From NCBI GenBank assembly GCA_043797125.1, contig JAZDPX010000006.1, forward strand, positions 6,921 through 70,920: a stretch of DNA of 64,000 bases, read 5' to 3'. The stretch comes from Candidatus Omnitrophota bacterium. GTDB taxonomy: Bacteria > Omnitrophota > Gorgyraeia > JABMRG01 > JAFGKX01. The translations under genes were made by a program, and so were the position numbers. Positions 9,987 through 19,394 of this stretch are shown piece after piece. The notes beneath the pieces were generated by a model. The model did not search any database. It saw only the letters and a program-made list of their open reading frames with translations, and was not told where the DNA came from. The number at the start of each line of letters is the position of its first letter. Position 1 is the stretch's first letter.

Positions 9987-10001
9987 TATTTCTCCTCTAT
10001 T

Positions 10002-12473
10002 TTAAACTATTACATTTACCAAGCGTTTAGGCACGATAATAACCTTTTTAGGCTCTGCTTCGCCTATCCACTTTTTCACGACTTCATCTTTTAGCACTTT
10101 TTCTTTAAGCATTTCTTCAGTCGCATCTGCCGGCACAACTACTTTAGAACGCAGTTTGCCGTTTATCTGAACAGGTATAGTAAGCTCTTCTTCCTGTATC
10201 AGGCCTTTATCGAATGCAGGCCATTTTTGTCTAAATATACTTTCTTTATTGCCTAAAATCTGCCATAATTCTTCACTTATGTGCGGAGTAAAGGGAGCTA
10301 ATAATATAACTGCTGTTTGCGCTGCATCCCTGATAACATCAGGCGAAGCTTTTGTCTCGAGCGCAACATAAGAATCATTAATAAGTTCCATGATTGCGCT
10401 TATTGCGGTATTAAATTTAAATCCGCCCTCGATATCATCCGTAACTTTTTTTATGGTCTGGTGAATCTTCCGCGTTAAAGGGCTGTGGGCTTTGGGCTGT
10501 GGGCTTTGGGCTGTGGGCTTTGGGCTGTGGGCTTTAACCGATTCCACCAACCGCCAAACTCTGCCTAAGAATCTATACGATCCCTCAACAGCCCTGTCAT
10601 TCCATTCCGCGTCTCTTTCCGGCGGGCCTATAAATAATGTGTACAGCCTCACTGTATCAACGCCGTAGTTTTTTATCAATTCATCAGGGCTAACTACATT
10701 GCCTTTTGATTTGGACATCTTGGCGCCGTTTTTTATTATCATCCCTTGAGTAAACAGCCTTGCAAACGGCTCTTGGAAACTGACATACCCTAAATCAAAA
10801 AGCACCTTTGTAATAAAACGCGAATATAATAGGTGCAGTATCGCGTGCTCTACGCCTCCGATATATTGATCCACAGGCAGCCATTTATTCACCAGCTGCG
10901 AATCAAACGCCTTTTTATCGTCATTCGGGGATAGATAACGCAGGTAATACCAGCTTGAATCCACGAAAGTATCCATTGTATCAATTTCGCGTCTTGCCTT
11001 TTGTTTGCATTTGGGGCAGCTGGTTTGCACAAACTTCTCTGAATCTGCCAAGGGCGATTCACCAACGCCTTTAAATTTGACATCTTCAGGCAAAACAACA
11101 GGTAAATCCTTTTCAGGCACAGCTACTATGCCGCATTTTTCGCAATATATAATAGGAATAGGCGCGCCCCAGTAGCGCTGCCTTGATATAAGCCAGTCTC
11201 TTAATTTATAGTGCACAGCGCGCCTGCCAATTTTAATTTTTTCCATCCAGTCAGCTATCTTTACCATGGCCACGCGATTATCGAGGCCGTTAAACTGCGC
11301 TGAGTTTACCTGCACGCCGTCGCCTTCGTAAGCCGCTTCTAAGTGGTGACCTGGTGACTTTGTGACCTGGTGACCCTGAATAACTATTTCGATCGGCAGG
11401 CCATATTTTTTCGCAAACTCAAAATCTCGGCTGTCGTGAGCCGGCACAGCCATGACAGCGCCTGTGCCGTATTCAACTAATACATAATTAGCTATCCATA
11501 AAGGTATTTTTTTATTGTTTACAGGGTTTATTGCATGCCTGTTTATGAAGATACCTTCTTTTTCAAATTCCGCGCAAATGCGGTCTTCCTTGCTTTGCTG
11601 CCTTGCCTTTTTTATAAATTCATAAATTTTATTCTTATCCGGCGAGGCCTTAATCAGTTCTTCTATAAGGGGATGTTCCGGCGCAAGCACCATATAAGTC
11701 GCGCCGAAAATAGTGTCCACTCTTGTGGTATAGCAGGTTAATACAATATCGGAATCAGCCACCGGAAAATTTATCTGGACGCCGCTGGATTTTCCTATCC
11801 AGTTAGTCTGCATTGTTTTAACGCGCTGGGGCCAATCCATAAGTTTCTCTATATCATCTAAAAGCCTTTGCGCGTAATCTGTAATCTTAAAAAACCACTG
11901 CTCTAAATCTTTTTCTTCCACCTTTGTGTCGCAGCGCTCACAGCAAGCCCCGACAACCTGCTCGTTTGCCAAAACTGTCTTGCACGAAGGGCACCAGTTT
12001 ACAGCAGCCTTTTTCTTATACGCGAGGCCCTTCTCGTATAATTTTAAAAATATCCACTGCGTCCATTTATAATAATCGGGCCTGCACGCGGCGACTTCCC
12101 TTGCCCAGTCATATCCCACGCCCCAGCTTTTAAGCTGCCTTTTCATCATATTGATATTATTTTCCGTTGACACCTTGGGATGCAGCCCGCCTTTTATAGC
12201 TGCGTTTTCCGCGGGAAGCCCGAACGCATCCCAACCTATCGGAGAAAGCACGTTTAACCCGCGCATGATTTTATATCTGGTAAGGGCGTCGCCTAATATG
12301 TAGTTTCTGCCATGGCCGACATGTAGAGCGCCCGAAGGATACGGAAACATTACAAGGCAGTAATATTTATTAACTGCTTTAGAGGTATCTACTGAAAATA
12401 ATCCGATGTCTTCCCAGTGTTTCTGCCATTTACTATCAATTTTATCGAATGGATATTGCCTTGTTTCTGTCAC
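10002..12473 (-). CDS. leuS: Leucine--tRNA ligase
   Basis: MFPYPSGALHVGH (HIGH), GTGAVMAVPAHD editing domain, RDWLISRQRYWG, KMSKS. Start moved to GTG at 12473, which has a GGAG SD; the track start overlaps the tRNA promoter. Confidence 0.97.
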   Translation of the reverse strand: MTETRQYPFDKIDSKWQKHWEDIGLFSVDTSKAVNKYYCLVMFPYPSGALHVGHGRNYILGDALTRYKIMRGLNVLSPIGWDAFGLPAENAAIKGGLHPKVSTENNINMMKRQLKSWGVGYDWAREVAACRPDYYKWTQWIFLKLYEKGLAYKKKAAVNWCPSCKTVLANEQVVGACCERCDTKVEEKDLEQWFFKITDYAQRLLDDIEKLMDWPQRVKTMQTNWIGKSSGVQINFPVADSDIVLTCYTTRVDTIFGATYMVLAPEHPLIEELIKASPDKNKIYEFIKKARQQSKEDRICAEFEKEGIFINRHAINPVNNKKIPLWIANYVLVEYGTGAVMAVPAHDSRDFEFAKKYGLPIEIVIQGHQVTKSPGHHLEAAYEGDGVQVNSAQFNGLDNRVAMVKIADWMEKIKIGRRAVHYKLRDWLISRQRYWGAPIPIIYCEKCGIVAVPEKDLPVVLPEDVKFKGVGESPLADSEKFVQTSCPKCKQKARREIDTMDTFVDSSWYYLRYLSPNDDKKAFDSQLVNKWLPVDQYIGGVEHAILHLLYSRFITKVLFDLGYVSFQEPFARLFTQGMIIKNGAKMSKSKGNVVSPDELIKNYGVDTVRLYTLFIGPPERDAEWNDRAVEGSYRFLGRVWRLVESVKAHSPKPTAQSPQPKAHSPLTRKIHQTIKKVTDDIEGGFKFNTAISAIMELINDSYVALETKASPDVIRDAAQTAVILLAPFTPHISEELWQILGNKESIFRQKWPAFDKGLIQEEELTIPVQINGKLRSKVVVPADATEEMLKEKVLKDEVVKKWIGEAEPKKVIIVPKRLVNVIV
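10480..10535. repeat. Tandem repeat (GGGCTGT GGGCTTT)x4 inside leuS
   Basis: Four perfect 14-bp units; encodes KAHSPKPTAQSPQPKAHSP. Confidence 0.95.
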
Positions 12474-12488
12474 GAAAATTTTCTCCGA

Positions 12489-12517
12489 TTGACAAACATT
12501 ATGGTGAGTGTTATAAT
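12489..12517 (+). promoter_or_regulatory. Consensus sigma70 promoter of tRNA-Ala
   Basis: TTGACA (12489-12494), 17 bp, TATAAT (12512-12517), 11 bp before the tRNA. Confidence 0.85.
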
Positions 12518-12528
12518 CTCTCACACAT

Positions 12529-12605
12529 GGGGCTGTAGCTCAGCTGGAATGAGCGCCTGAAGGGCATTCAGGAGGCCGAGGGTTAGATCCCCTCCAGCTC
12601 CACCA
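12529..12605 (+). tRNA. tRNA-Ala(GGC), atypical at conserved loop positions
   Basis: GGGGCTG/CAGCTCC acceptor with G3:U70; D stem GCTC/GAGC; anticodon stem CCTGA/TCAGG with loop AGGGCAT; T stem GAGGG/CCCTC; encoded ACCA. Confidence 0.9.
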
Positions 12606-12720
12606 CGAACCACTCGCAAAAATTTCTTATGAAATTTTTGCTCGGATTCGTGGCAGGCCATCGCAAATTTTTGCGAGTGGTGAAGTGCCCCGAACCTGAG
12701 CGAAGCGAATGGTGCGGGGC
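12603..12720 (+). repeat. Palindromic element directly 3' of the tRNA
   Basis: CCACTCGCAAAAATTT...AAATTTTTGCGAGTGG inverted repeat, an alternative internal pairing, and a GCCCCG-AACCTGAGCGAAGCGAATGGTG-CGGGGC hairpin. Confidence 0.7.
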
Positions 12721-12996
12721 AAAGCTCATGTTCCTGGCACAACCATTCACTTTTATCAATAACTATCCTTTATCATAAAACATCGTCGATAAAATTGCAA
12801 GTAAAATAGAGGCATTTTTGTAAAATTTTTCACATTTTTGACGTAACCTATTTTATAACAAATAGTTACATAAATATTACATTAAATATTGCAATATTTT
12901 AAAAGCGGATTCCCATTTCCACAAGAATGAGTAAAAAAACTACGGTTTGTGGCAATCCGTGTAAGGACTTGCAAGGCTTAATTATATTTAGCAAAA

Positions 12997-13263
12997 CCTT
13001 TGCGTGCGTTGCCGGAATCTTGCTCCGCCGCAGGTGAGGTCTTTGCGATGCGAGGCACATTAGAAATTTTTTGCCAAATGTCTTTTTAGGACTTATGGCG
13101 AGGAGCGGCTAAGATTTTTTATTCTAGGGTAAGCGACAAGCCATTAAGTCCAAAAAGACGGCAAAAAATTTCAGTGCCGAACATGCAAAGACCGAACCAT
13201 CGGCAAGCGAAGGCAACCACACAAAGGCTAAGGTTCCAGCACCGAACATTGCAAAAACCGAAC
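12997..13263 (+). repeat. Rod-like structured element, family B, copy 1
   Basis: Long interrupted inverted repeat; homologous to 27480-27712 with compensatory changes. Confidence 0.85.
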
Positions 13264-13264
13264 T

Positions 13265-14242
13265 TTAAGTAATTACCTTCTCCACCGCCCGCATCACATC
13301 CTCAACGCCCACTGCTTTCATGCATTCGTAATCACTGCAGGTTTTATCGTAACAAGGAACAACACAGCCTATATCTTTTCTTACCACGACATACCTACCG
13401 CTTCCGTACGGCCCTGTTATATCGGGATTTGTCGGCCCGAAAATCGCCACTGTCGGCGCCTTCTGGCTTACTGCTATGTGCATCGGCCCCGTATCATTGG
13501 CGATAACCGCCCTTGCGCCTTTTAATATAACCGCTAATTGCTTAAGCGTGGTTTCCCCGCAGAGGTTTACGGGCTTATTTCTGCATAATTTACTTATATC
13601 GTTTCCCAGCAGGGCATCTTTTTGCGCCCCGGCTATGATCACCCGAACGCCGTATTTATCAAACAACTCGTCGGCAAGTTTCGCGAAATTTTCCTTCGGC
13701 CATCTTTTCGGAAGCCAGTTTCCGCCCGGATTTATCACAATATACGGCGTTGTTTCCGGCATTCCATTTTTGCTTAATAAGCCTAAGGCCTGCCTTTTAT
13801 GCTCGTTGCTTAAAAAAAATTCATAATCTTTGTTTTTCGTATCTATGCCCGCCGCCCTTACTATATTCAGGTAGTGCTCGACTCTGTGCGGCTCGGCATT
13901 TTTGGGCGTTTGACTGCCTGCCAGCTGCTTAATGCCGGCCATAGCGCACATCCAGCGATAACTCTTTGAGCGCGTAAACAAAAAGGCTAAGTCAAATTTT
14001 TTATTTTTTAATTTAAAGATAAGCCCTGCCTTTTCAAAAAAACCGCTAAGCCCCCTTGGGTTATTAATAGTTATAATCTCGTTTAAGTTTGTATTGCCTT
14101 CTAGTACCGCGATGCAGCGTTTATGCAATATCGCGGTGATACGCGAATCCCTATATTTTTCTTTTATCGCGCGTATGGCCGGCGTGGTAAAAAGCACATC
14201 TCCGAGCCAGTTTGGTTCTATGATAAGTATATTTTTCATCAT
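13265..14242 (-). CDS. GT9 LPS heptosyltransferase (WaaF-like)
   Basis: NWLGDVLFTTP, NPGGNWLPKRWP, NDTGPMHIA, AIFGPT. Confidence 0.9.
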   Translation of the reverse strand: MMKNILIIEPNWLGDVLFTTPAIRAIKEKYRDSRITAILHKRCIAVLEGNTNLNEIITINNPRGLSGFFEKAGLIFKLKNKKFDLAFLFTRSKSYRWMCAMAGIKQLAGSQTPKNAEPHRVEHYLNIVRAAGIDTKNKDYEFFLSNEHKRQALGLLSKNGMPETTPYIVINPGGNWLPKRWPKENFAKLADELFDKYGVRVIIAGAQKDALLGNDISKLCRNKPVNLCGETTLKQLAVILKGARAVIANDTGPMHIAVSQKAPTVAIFGPTNPDITGPYGSGRYVVVRKDIGCVVPCYDKTCSDYECMKAVGVEDVMRAVEKVIT

Positions 14243-15342
14243 CTTAAGGCGTTCAAATAAAACCTTTCTGTCTTTTCAACCATTCTATTAAGCGTGAATT
14301 TATCCTGCACTGTCTTTTTGCCTTCTTCGCCTAACTTTCTAGCAAATTCCTTGTCATTCAGAAGCCTTAGAATAGCTTCTGCTAAAACTGAGTCATCTTT
14401 CGGCGCAACTAATATCCCGTTTTTCTCGTGCTCTATAACAGAAGATACGCCTCCGACATTCGATGCAACTACCGGTATGCCTACCGCCATTGCCTCAATC
14501 ATAGAAAGCCCCAGGCCCTCCTGAATGGACGGTAAAACAAATACATCCATAACAGAAAGGGCCTTATATATATTCTGTATAGCGGGGTAAAATATAACGC
14601 TATTTTCTATGTTTAGTTTATTGCATATGTCATGGAGGCTGCGTTCGTATTTTTTGCTGCCGCTGCCTACAATTAGAAGTTGGGCTTTTGGAAAAACGTT
14701 TTTTATCCTGGACATCGCCCTTAACAGATATACATGCCCTTTTACGCTGGAAAGTCTCGCTGTTATGCCTATGACAAAATCAGAGGTCAGATTAAATTGT
14801 TCCTTTATCTTTTTATGCTCGGACTCAGAATATTTCTGTCCCAAAAATGACGTATCTATGCCGTTATAAATGAGCTCTATATTTTTTTCGGGGACCTTCA
14901 TTGCTATGACCAGATGCTCTTTTACCGCGTCGCTTATCGCTATTACGCGGCTGCCCCAACACGGTAAAAACATCCTAATAAGCCTGCTCTTAAAAAACCC
15001 ATGACAAGTAGTTACAACCGTGACCTTTGAAAATTTATGCAGATAATGCGCGATGACCTGGCTGACCCTTGTCTGCGCATGGACTATGTCTATTTTTTCA
15101 TTTTTTATAACTTTGAGCAGCTTCATGCCTGCGATCATTACGTGCGGCCCGACCTCTGACGAAGTATCTATAGGCACATCTATATGCTCTATGCCGCAAG
15201 ACGTTAAAACTTCTTTCAGATCTCCGCCGCTGGAGGCCACAATTACCTTGTGCCCTTTCTGCTTAAGGCCGCGCGCCAATGAAACAACATATACGCCTAT
15301 GCCGCCCAAGTTTAACCTTGTGGTAATTATTAATATATTCAT
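14239..15342 (-). CDS. GT4 glycosyltransferase
   Basis: GGIGVYV, YNGID, EGLGLSMIEAMA, ASNVGG. Confidence 0.92.
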   Translation of the reverse strand: MNILIITTRLNLGGIGVYVVSLARGLKQKGHKVIVASSGGDLKEVLTSCGIEHIDVPIDTSSEVGPHVMIAGMKLLKVIKNEKIDIVHAQTRVSQVIAHYLHKFSKVTVVTTCHGFFKSRLIRMFLPCWGSRVIAISDAVKEHLVIAMKVPEKNIELIYNGIDTSFLGQKYSESEHKKIKEQFNLTSDFVIGITARLSSVKGHVYLLRAMSRIKNVFPKAQLLIVGSGSKKYERSLHDICNKLNIENSVIFYPAIQNIYKALSVMDVFVLPSIQEGLGLSMIEAMAVGIPVVASNVGGVSSVIEHEKNGILVAPKDDSVLAEAILRLLNDKEFARKLGEEGKKTVQDKFTLNRMVEKTERFYLNALR

Positions 15343-17432
15343 TTTAGCTTCAGCATCTTCATGGCAGCCTCAAAAACCTCGTCAACAGATATCATCTGCA
15401 TGCATTTTGCGTTTTTGCACATCCTCCTGTAACATGGCGAGCAAGGCAATTGTTTCTGTATGGATACAACAGAACCCGACGGCACAAGGTGCCTGTTTGA
15501 ATCCGTCGGCCCGAATAAACCTATACAAGGTGTTGACACAGCGCACGCTATATGCAGAGGCGCAGAATCGCCGCTGATAAATAAGTTGCACCTTTTAATC
15601 AGGCTGGCTAATTCCATAAGCGTGGTTCTTGCTACCATATTTATGGGTTTGGTCTCTGTCAATGATATCACCTTTTCTGCTATACGTGTGTCATCATCCG
15701 AGCCTGTAATAACCACCCTTACGCCTTCTTGAGAAAATTTACGGCACAATTTTATAAAATTATCAGTATCCCATCTTTTTGTATGCCAGTTAACGCTTGA
15801 GCCAATATTAATGCCTATCAGAATCTGTTTTTCCCCAACCCATTCATTCTGCAGGACCTTGTCTATTTTCTGCTGTTCTGACTCTGAGGGAAACAGTTCC
15901 AGGCCCCCCGGCGCAGACTGTATCCCAAGGCTGCGAAGCAGCACAAACTGGTGCTCGACGGGAGAAACCTTTAATTTAGCGCCATCGGCTTTATCCGTCA
16001 GCAAAAAATCCAATCTTTTATTTTTAAAACCAATGCGCCGCGGCGCCATTGACAAAAAGCCCAAAAGCCGGCTTGTCCTGTTATTCTGCAGGTCGATAAC
16101 CATATCAAAGTGCTCGCGCCTTAACCCGGTTGCAATATCAAGCACCTTTTTGAGCTTGCCTTTCTGATGCGCATCGTCGAAAATTACCAATTCATCAACA
16201 TACGGGCAATTGCTGACAATCTTGCGGGCCTTTGCACCGACAACCATAACGATCTTGGCCTTGTTGAAATGTTTACGCAGGGCTGATAAAGAGGGTATGC
16301 TTAATACAACGTCTCCGATGGCAGATATCTTTATTATCAATATAGAAATTTTATTTTTTGCCTCTTCGTAAACGCCAATTGTCCTGTTGAACATTTTCTC
16401 TAAATTAAATTCCTTTTCAACGTCCTGGCGCGCCTGTTCTGTCAAGCCTTGAGCCAGTTTAGCATCTTTAAAAATCCTGATTATCGCTTCAGACATAGCG
16501 CTCCAGTCGCAGGGCGCAACCAGTAGGCCGCTTTTTTCGTGCCTTATAATGTCGACTACGCCGCCGACTTTTGTGGCGATTACAGGCACGCCTGTCGCCT
16601 GCGCCTCAATAATAGTCCTGCCGAACGCTTCGGGCGTGGTTGTTGGCAGCACTAGAAGATCAAAAGTTTTTAAAAGCTGTGGTATGTCGTCGCGCTTTCC
16701 TAAAAAAATTATGTTTTTGGAGAGGGAAAGCCTCTTTACCAGCGCCTCTAACTCAAGCTTGTATTTCTCTTTCTTTGCGGGCGCCTCGCCGATAATAAGG
16801 GCTTTTGCATTCGGTATGGTCCTTACAACTTTCGACATAGCGCGTATAAAATGCTTATGGCCTTTTAAAGGCGTTATGCGCGCTATAACGCCTATTGTAA
16901 ATCCCGCGTGCTCCTTCCTTGAAGAAAGAGGCGTATATTCAAATTTCTCCAGATCCACGCCTCTTGGTATAAGCCTTATCCGTTCTCTCGGAACGCCAAA
17001 ATCCTCTATCATGTGTTTAGCGATAACATGGCTTGCGACTATTACAAATTTACCCCAACCCATTACCCTGCTTAATAAATGATTTGAATAGTAGCCGTGG
17101 CAGGTAGTAATAAAAGGGACATTTTCCCGGTAAGAGGCTAAAAAGGATGAAAACGCAGGCGCCCTGCTCCTTGCGTGGATTATATCTATGTCTTCTTTTT
17201 TTATTACATCGCATATTTTCCCTACCATCCCCAGTATGGTAAGCGGGTTTTTTCTATCTACCTGCAATTCATAATGTATACCGCCGGCTTTTACTATTTT
17301 CTCAACCAGGGTTCCGCCTGCAGAAATTACCACAGACTTATGATTTTTTTTCACAAGCTCCTTATTGAGGTCCACAACGCCTGTCTCGACCCCGCCGGAT
17401 TTTAGTTCTGGTAGAACTTGCAGGATATTCAT
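15339..17432 (-). CDS. Fused GT4 + GT9 (heptosyltransferase-like) glycosyltransferase
   Basis: N-half GGVETG...EAFGRTIIEAQA; C-half ISAIGDVV...GDSAPLHIA...LFGPT. Confidence 0.9.
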   Translation of the reverse strand: MNILQVLPELKSGGVETGVVDLNKELVKKNHKSVVISAGGTLVEKIVKAGGIHYELQVDRKNPLTILGMVGKICDVIKKEDIDIIHARSRAPAFSSFLASYRENVPFITTCHGYYSNHLLSRVMGWGKFVIVASHVIAKHMIEDFGVPRERIRLIPRGVDLEKFEYTPLSSRKEHAGFTIGVIARITPLKGHKHFIRAMSKVVRTIPNAKALIIGEAPAKKEKYKLELEALVKRLSLSKNIIFLGKRDDIPQLLKTFDLLVLPTTTPEAFGRTIIEAQATGVPVIATKVGGVVDIIRHEKSGLLVAPCDWSAMSEAIIRIFKDAKLAQGLTEQARQDVEKEFNLEKMFNRTIGVYEEAKNKISILIIKISAIGDVVLSIPSLSALRKHFNKAKIVMVVGAKARKIVSNCPYVDELVIFDDAHQKGKLKKVLDIATGLRREHFDMVIDLQNNRTSRLLGFLSMAPRRIGFKNKRLDFLLTDKADGAKLKVSPVEHQFVLLRSLGIQSAPGGLELFPSESEQQKIDKVLQNEWVGEKQILIGINIGSSVNWHTKRWDTDNFIKLCRKFSQEGVRVVITGSDDDTRIAEKVISLTETKPINMVARTTLMELASLIKRCNLFISGDSAPLHIACAVSTPCIGLFGPTDSNRHLVPSGSVVSIQKQLPCSPCYRRMCKNAKCMQMISVDEVFEAAMKMLKLK

Positions 17433-19394
17433 TTATATTATTTTCCTTAACCCTTCTCTAATAACCGGATTATCATCCAGCGCTTTCACCTTTGTCCTAT
17501 CCTTGAAAAATTCTTTAATATGCCGGCTGATATCTTTATGTTCAACGAGTTTTATATAACCTTTTTTGCCAAGATTCGCCAAAAACAGCCTGTGCCTTCT
17601 ATCGATAGCGCTTCCTGCGTCAAACACTAGCACCTGGCAACCCGATGAAGCTGCTTCTGAAACCATGGATATACTGTCAGGCGAAATTACAACAACATCA
17701 CAAACACCAAGAATGCCTCCGACCGCCCCTTCTCTGTTCTCCTGGTTTGCTATTATCAGCAATTTGCATCTTTCGTCACCACTAAGCTGCTTGCTTAATG
17801 CCTTTTCTATTTTTTGCGGCGTTCTCCTTGAGGTCGTTGCTAATATACCGGCGTCGACAGCGCAAGAGGCGTTTTTAACCTGTTCTATTATTGAAGAGAT
17901 AACATCTTCCTGCATGCGGAAATTTTTATAATCCCCTCCCAAAAGCAGGCCTATATTAAATTTTTTCGTTGGGGCGCCTTTAAGTTCATATCTTAAGGCG
18001 TTTGCCTGGTATTCCACGAGTTTTCTATCGATTAAATTTGGCGCGCCTTCGGTTATAATTACATTTTTCATCTTTTTCCATTGATCGTGCCTTGGAATGA
18101 CACAAAGGTTAAATCTTTTTACCAAAAAAGCTCCCGGGTTCATTATTACAACTGATTTTGCCCTGCATTCCTTAGACAGCAAAAGGTTAACCGGCGCTAT
18201 CTTGCTGCCGCAGGAAATAATAATATCCGCCGACACCTTCATTAAGCGTTTATAGGTTTGCCTGTTAAGGTAAGTCCTTAAACATACCATACAACCCTGG
18301 CAAAGAGGGGTCACAAAATAGCTTTCCACGCAAAGCATTTCCCTGAAAAAGCTGTTTTTAAATTTTACAGGTATAACTTCCGTTAATATGTCGGATTCCG
18401 ATATCCCTTTTTCGATAAACAACTCCCTTATCTGCTTTAACGCCGCCTGCGACTGGCGCAGGTGCCCTGTCCTTGAGTCATCCAAAACCACGATTTTTTT
18501 CTGCGGCGATGATTTCCATCTCTTATGCTGCCATAACCATTGGTCGGGGTATTTCAGTATCATTTCCTCCAGGCGGGCGGCAAACTGCCTGAAGCCTTCT
18601 TTCATTTTCTCTTCTTTTGAACCTGCGCCCGGAAAAATTATCGGTTCGTTTACAATGAATTTAAATTTACCGGGCCCCTGCCTGATAGGAAAACCCGGTA
18701 ATATAACACATCCTGTGCTTAAACCAAATTCCATAACGCCTCTGTGCCAAGAGGCGGGTTTATTAAAAAGATCGACAAAGACCCCGGTCTTGCCGGCATC
18801 CTGGTCAACAAGCATGCCTACAACTTCATTATTTTTTAAGGCCTTGATAATCTCTCTTAAGGGCATGCCTTTAGAAATTATTTTGCATCCGTGCGATTCG
18901 CGGTAGGCGTTGAGCAGCCTGTTTATCAAAAACGGCTTTTGCTCTCTTGCAATTGCCTTAAAGCAATATCCTTTAAACGGAAGGGCCGCGTTTGACAGTT
19001 CCCAGTTTCCGAAATGCGCGGTTAAAAGAATAACGCCCTTGCCTTTTTTAAGCGCATTGTCGATATTTTCAAAACCTACATACGTAAAATTCTTTTGCGC
19101 GTATTTTTTGTTTAGTTTCGGCAAAAGCAGAGTCTCCACCAAGGCCTGCCCTATATTTACATATGTCTGCTTTAATATCTTTTTAAGCTGGTATGGTTCA
19201 TACTTGTGCCCAAGGGCGCATTTCAAATTTGAATAAGCAATGCTTCTGCGCTTTAGGTTCAGATACTCGCCAGCTGCCCCGAGCTTTCTTCCTGCAGCCA
19301 GGCTTAATTTAACCGGCAGCCACTGGAAAACAACCGCAAAAAACCTAAAAAGCGAGTAAAGAAGATATTCTGTTAAAAAACTTTTCTTCATCAA
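17433..19394 (-). CDS. Lipid A acyltransferase (LpxL/HtrB-like) fused to an ELM1/DUF1022-like domain
   Basis: AHFGNWE, LVDQDAG, PDQWLWQHKRWK; C-half GHLRQSQA, IPRHD, TTSRRTP, DSISMVSEAASSG. Confidence 0.85.
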   Translation of the reverse strand: MMKKSFLTEYLLYSLFRFFAVVFQWLPVKLSLAAGRKLGAAGEYLNLKRRSIAYSNLKCALGHKYEPYQLKKILKQTYVNIGQALVETLLLPKLNKKYAQKNFTYVGFENIDNALKKGKGVILLTAHFGNWELSNAALPFKGYCFKAIAREQKPFLINRLLNAYRESHGCKIISKGMPLREIIKALKNNEVVGMLVDQDAGKTGVFVDLFNKPASWHRGVMEFGLSTGCVILPGFPIRQGPGKFKFIVNEPIIFPGAGSKEEKMKEGFRQFAARLEEMILKYPDQWLWQHKRWKSSPQKKIVVLDDSRTGHLRQSQAALKQIRELFIEKGISESDILTEVIPVKFKNSFFREMLCVESYFVTPLCQGCMVCLRTYLNRQTYKRLMKVSADIIISCGSKIAPVNLLLSKECRAKSVVIMNPGAFLVKRFNLCVIPRHDQWKKMKNVIITEGAPNLIDRKLVEYQANALRYELKGAPTKKFNIGLLLGGDYKNFRMQEDVISSIIEQVKNASCAVDAGILATTSRRTPQKIEKALSKQLSGDERCKLLIIANQENREGAVGGILGVCDVVVISPDSISMVSEAASSGCQVLVFDAGSAIDRRHRLFLANLGKKGYIKLVEHKDISRHIKEFFKDRTKVKALDDNPVIREGLRKII

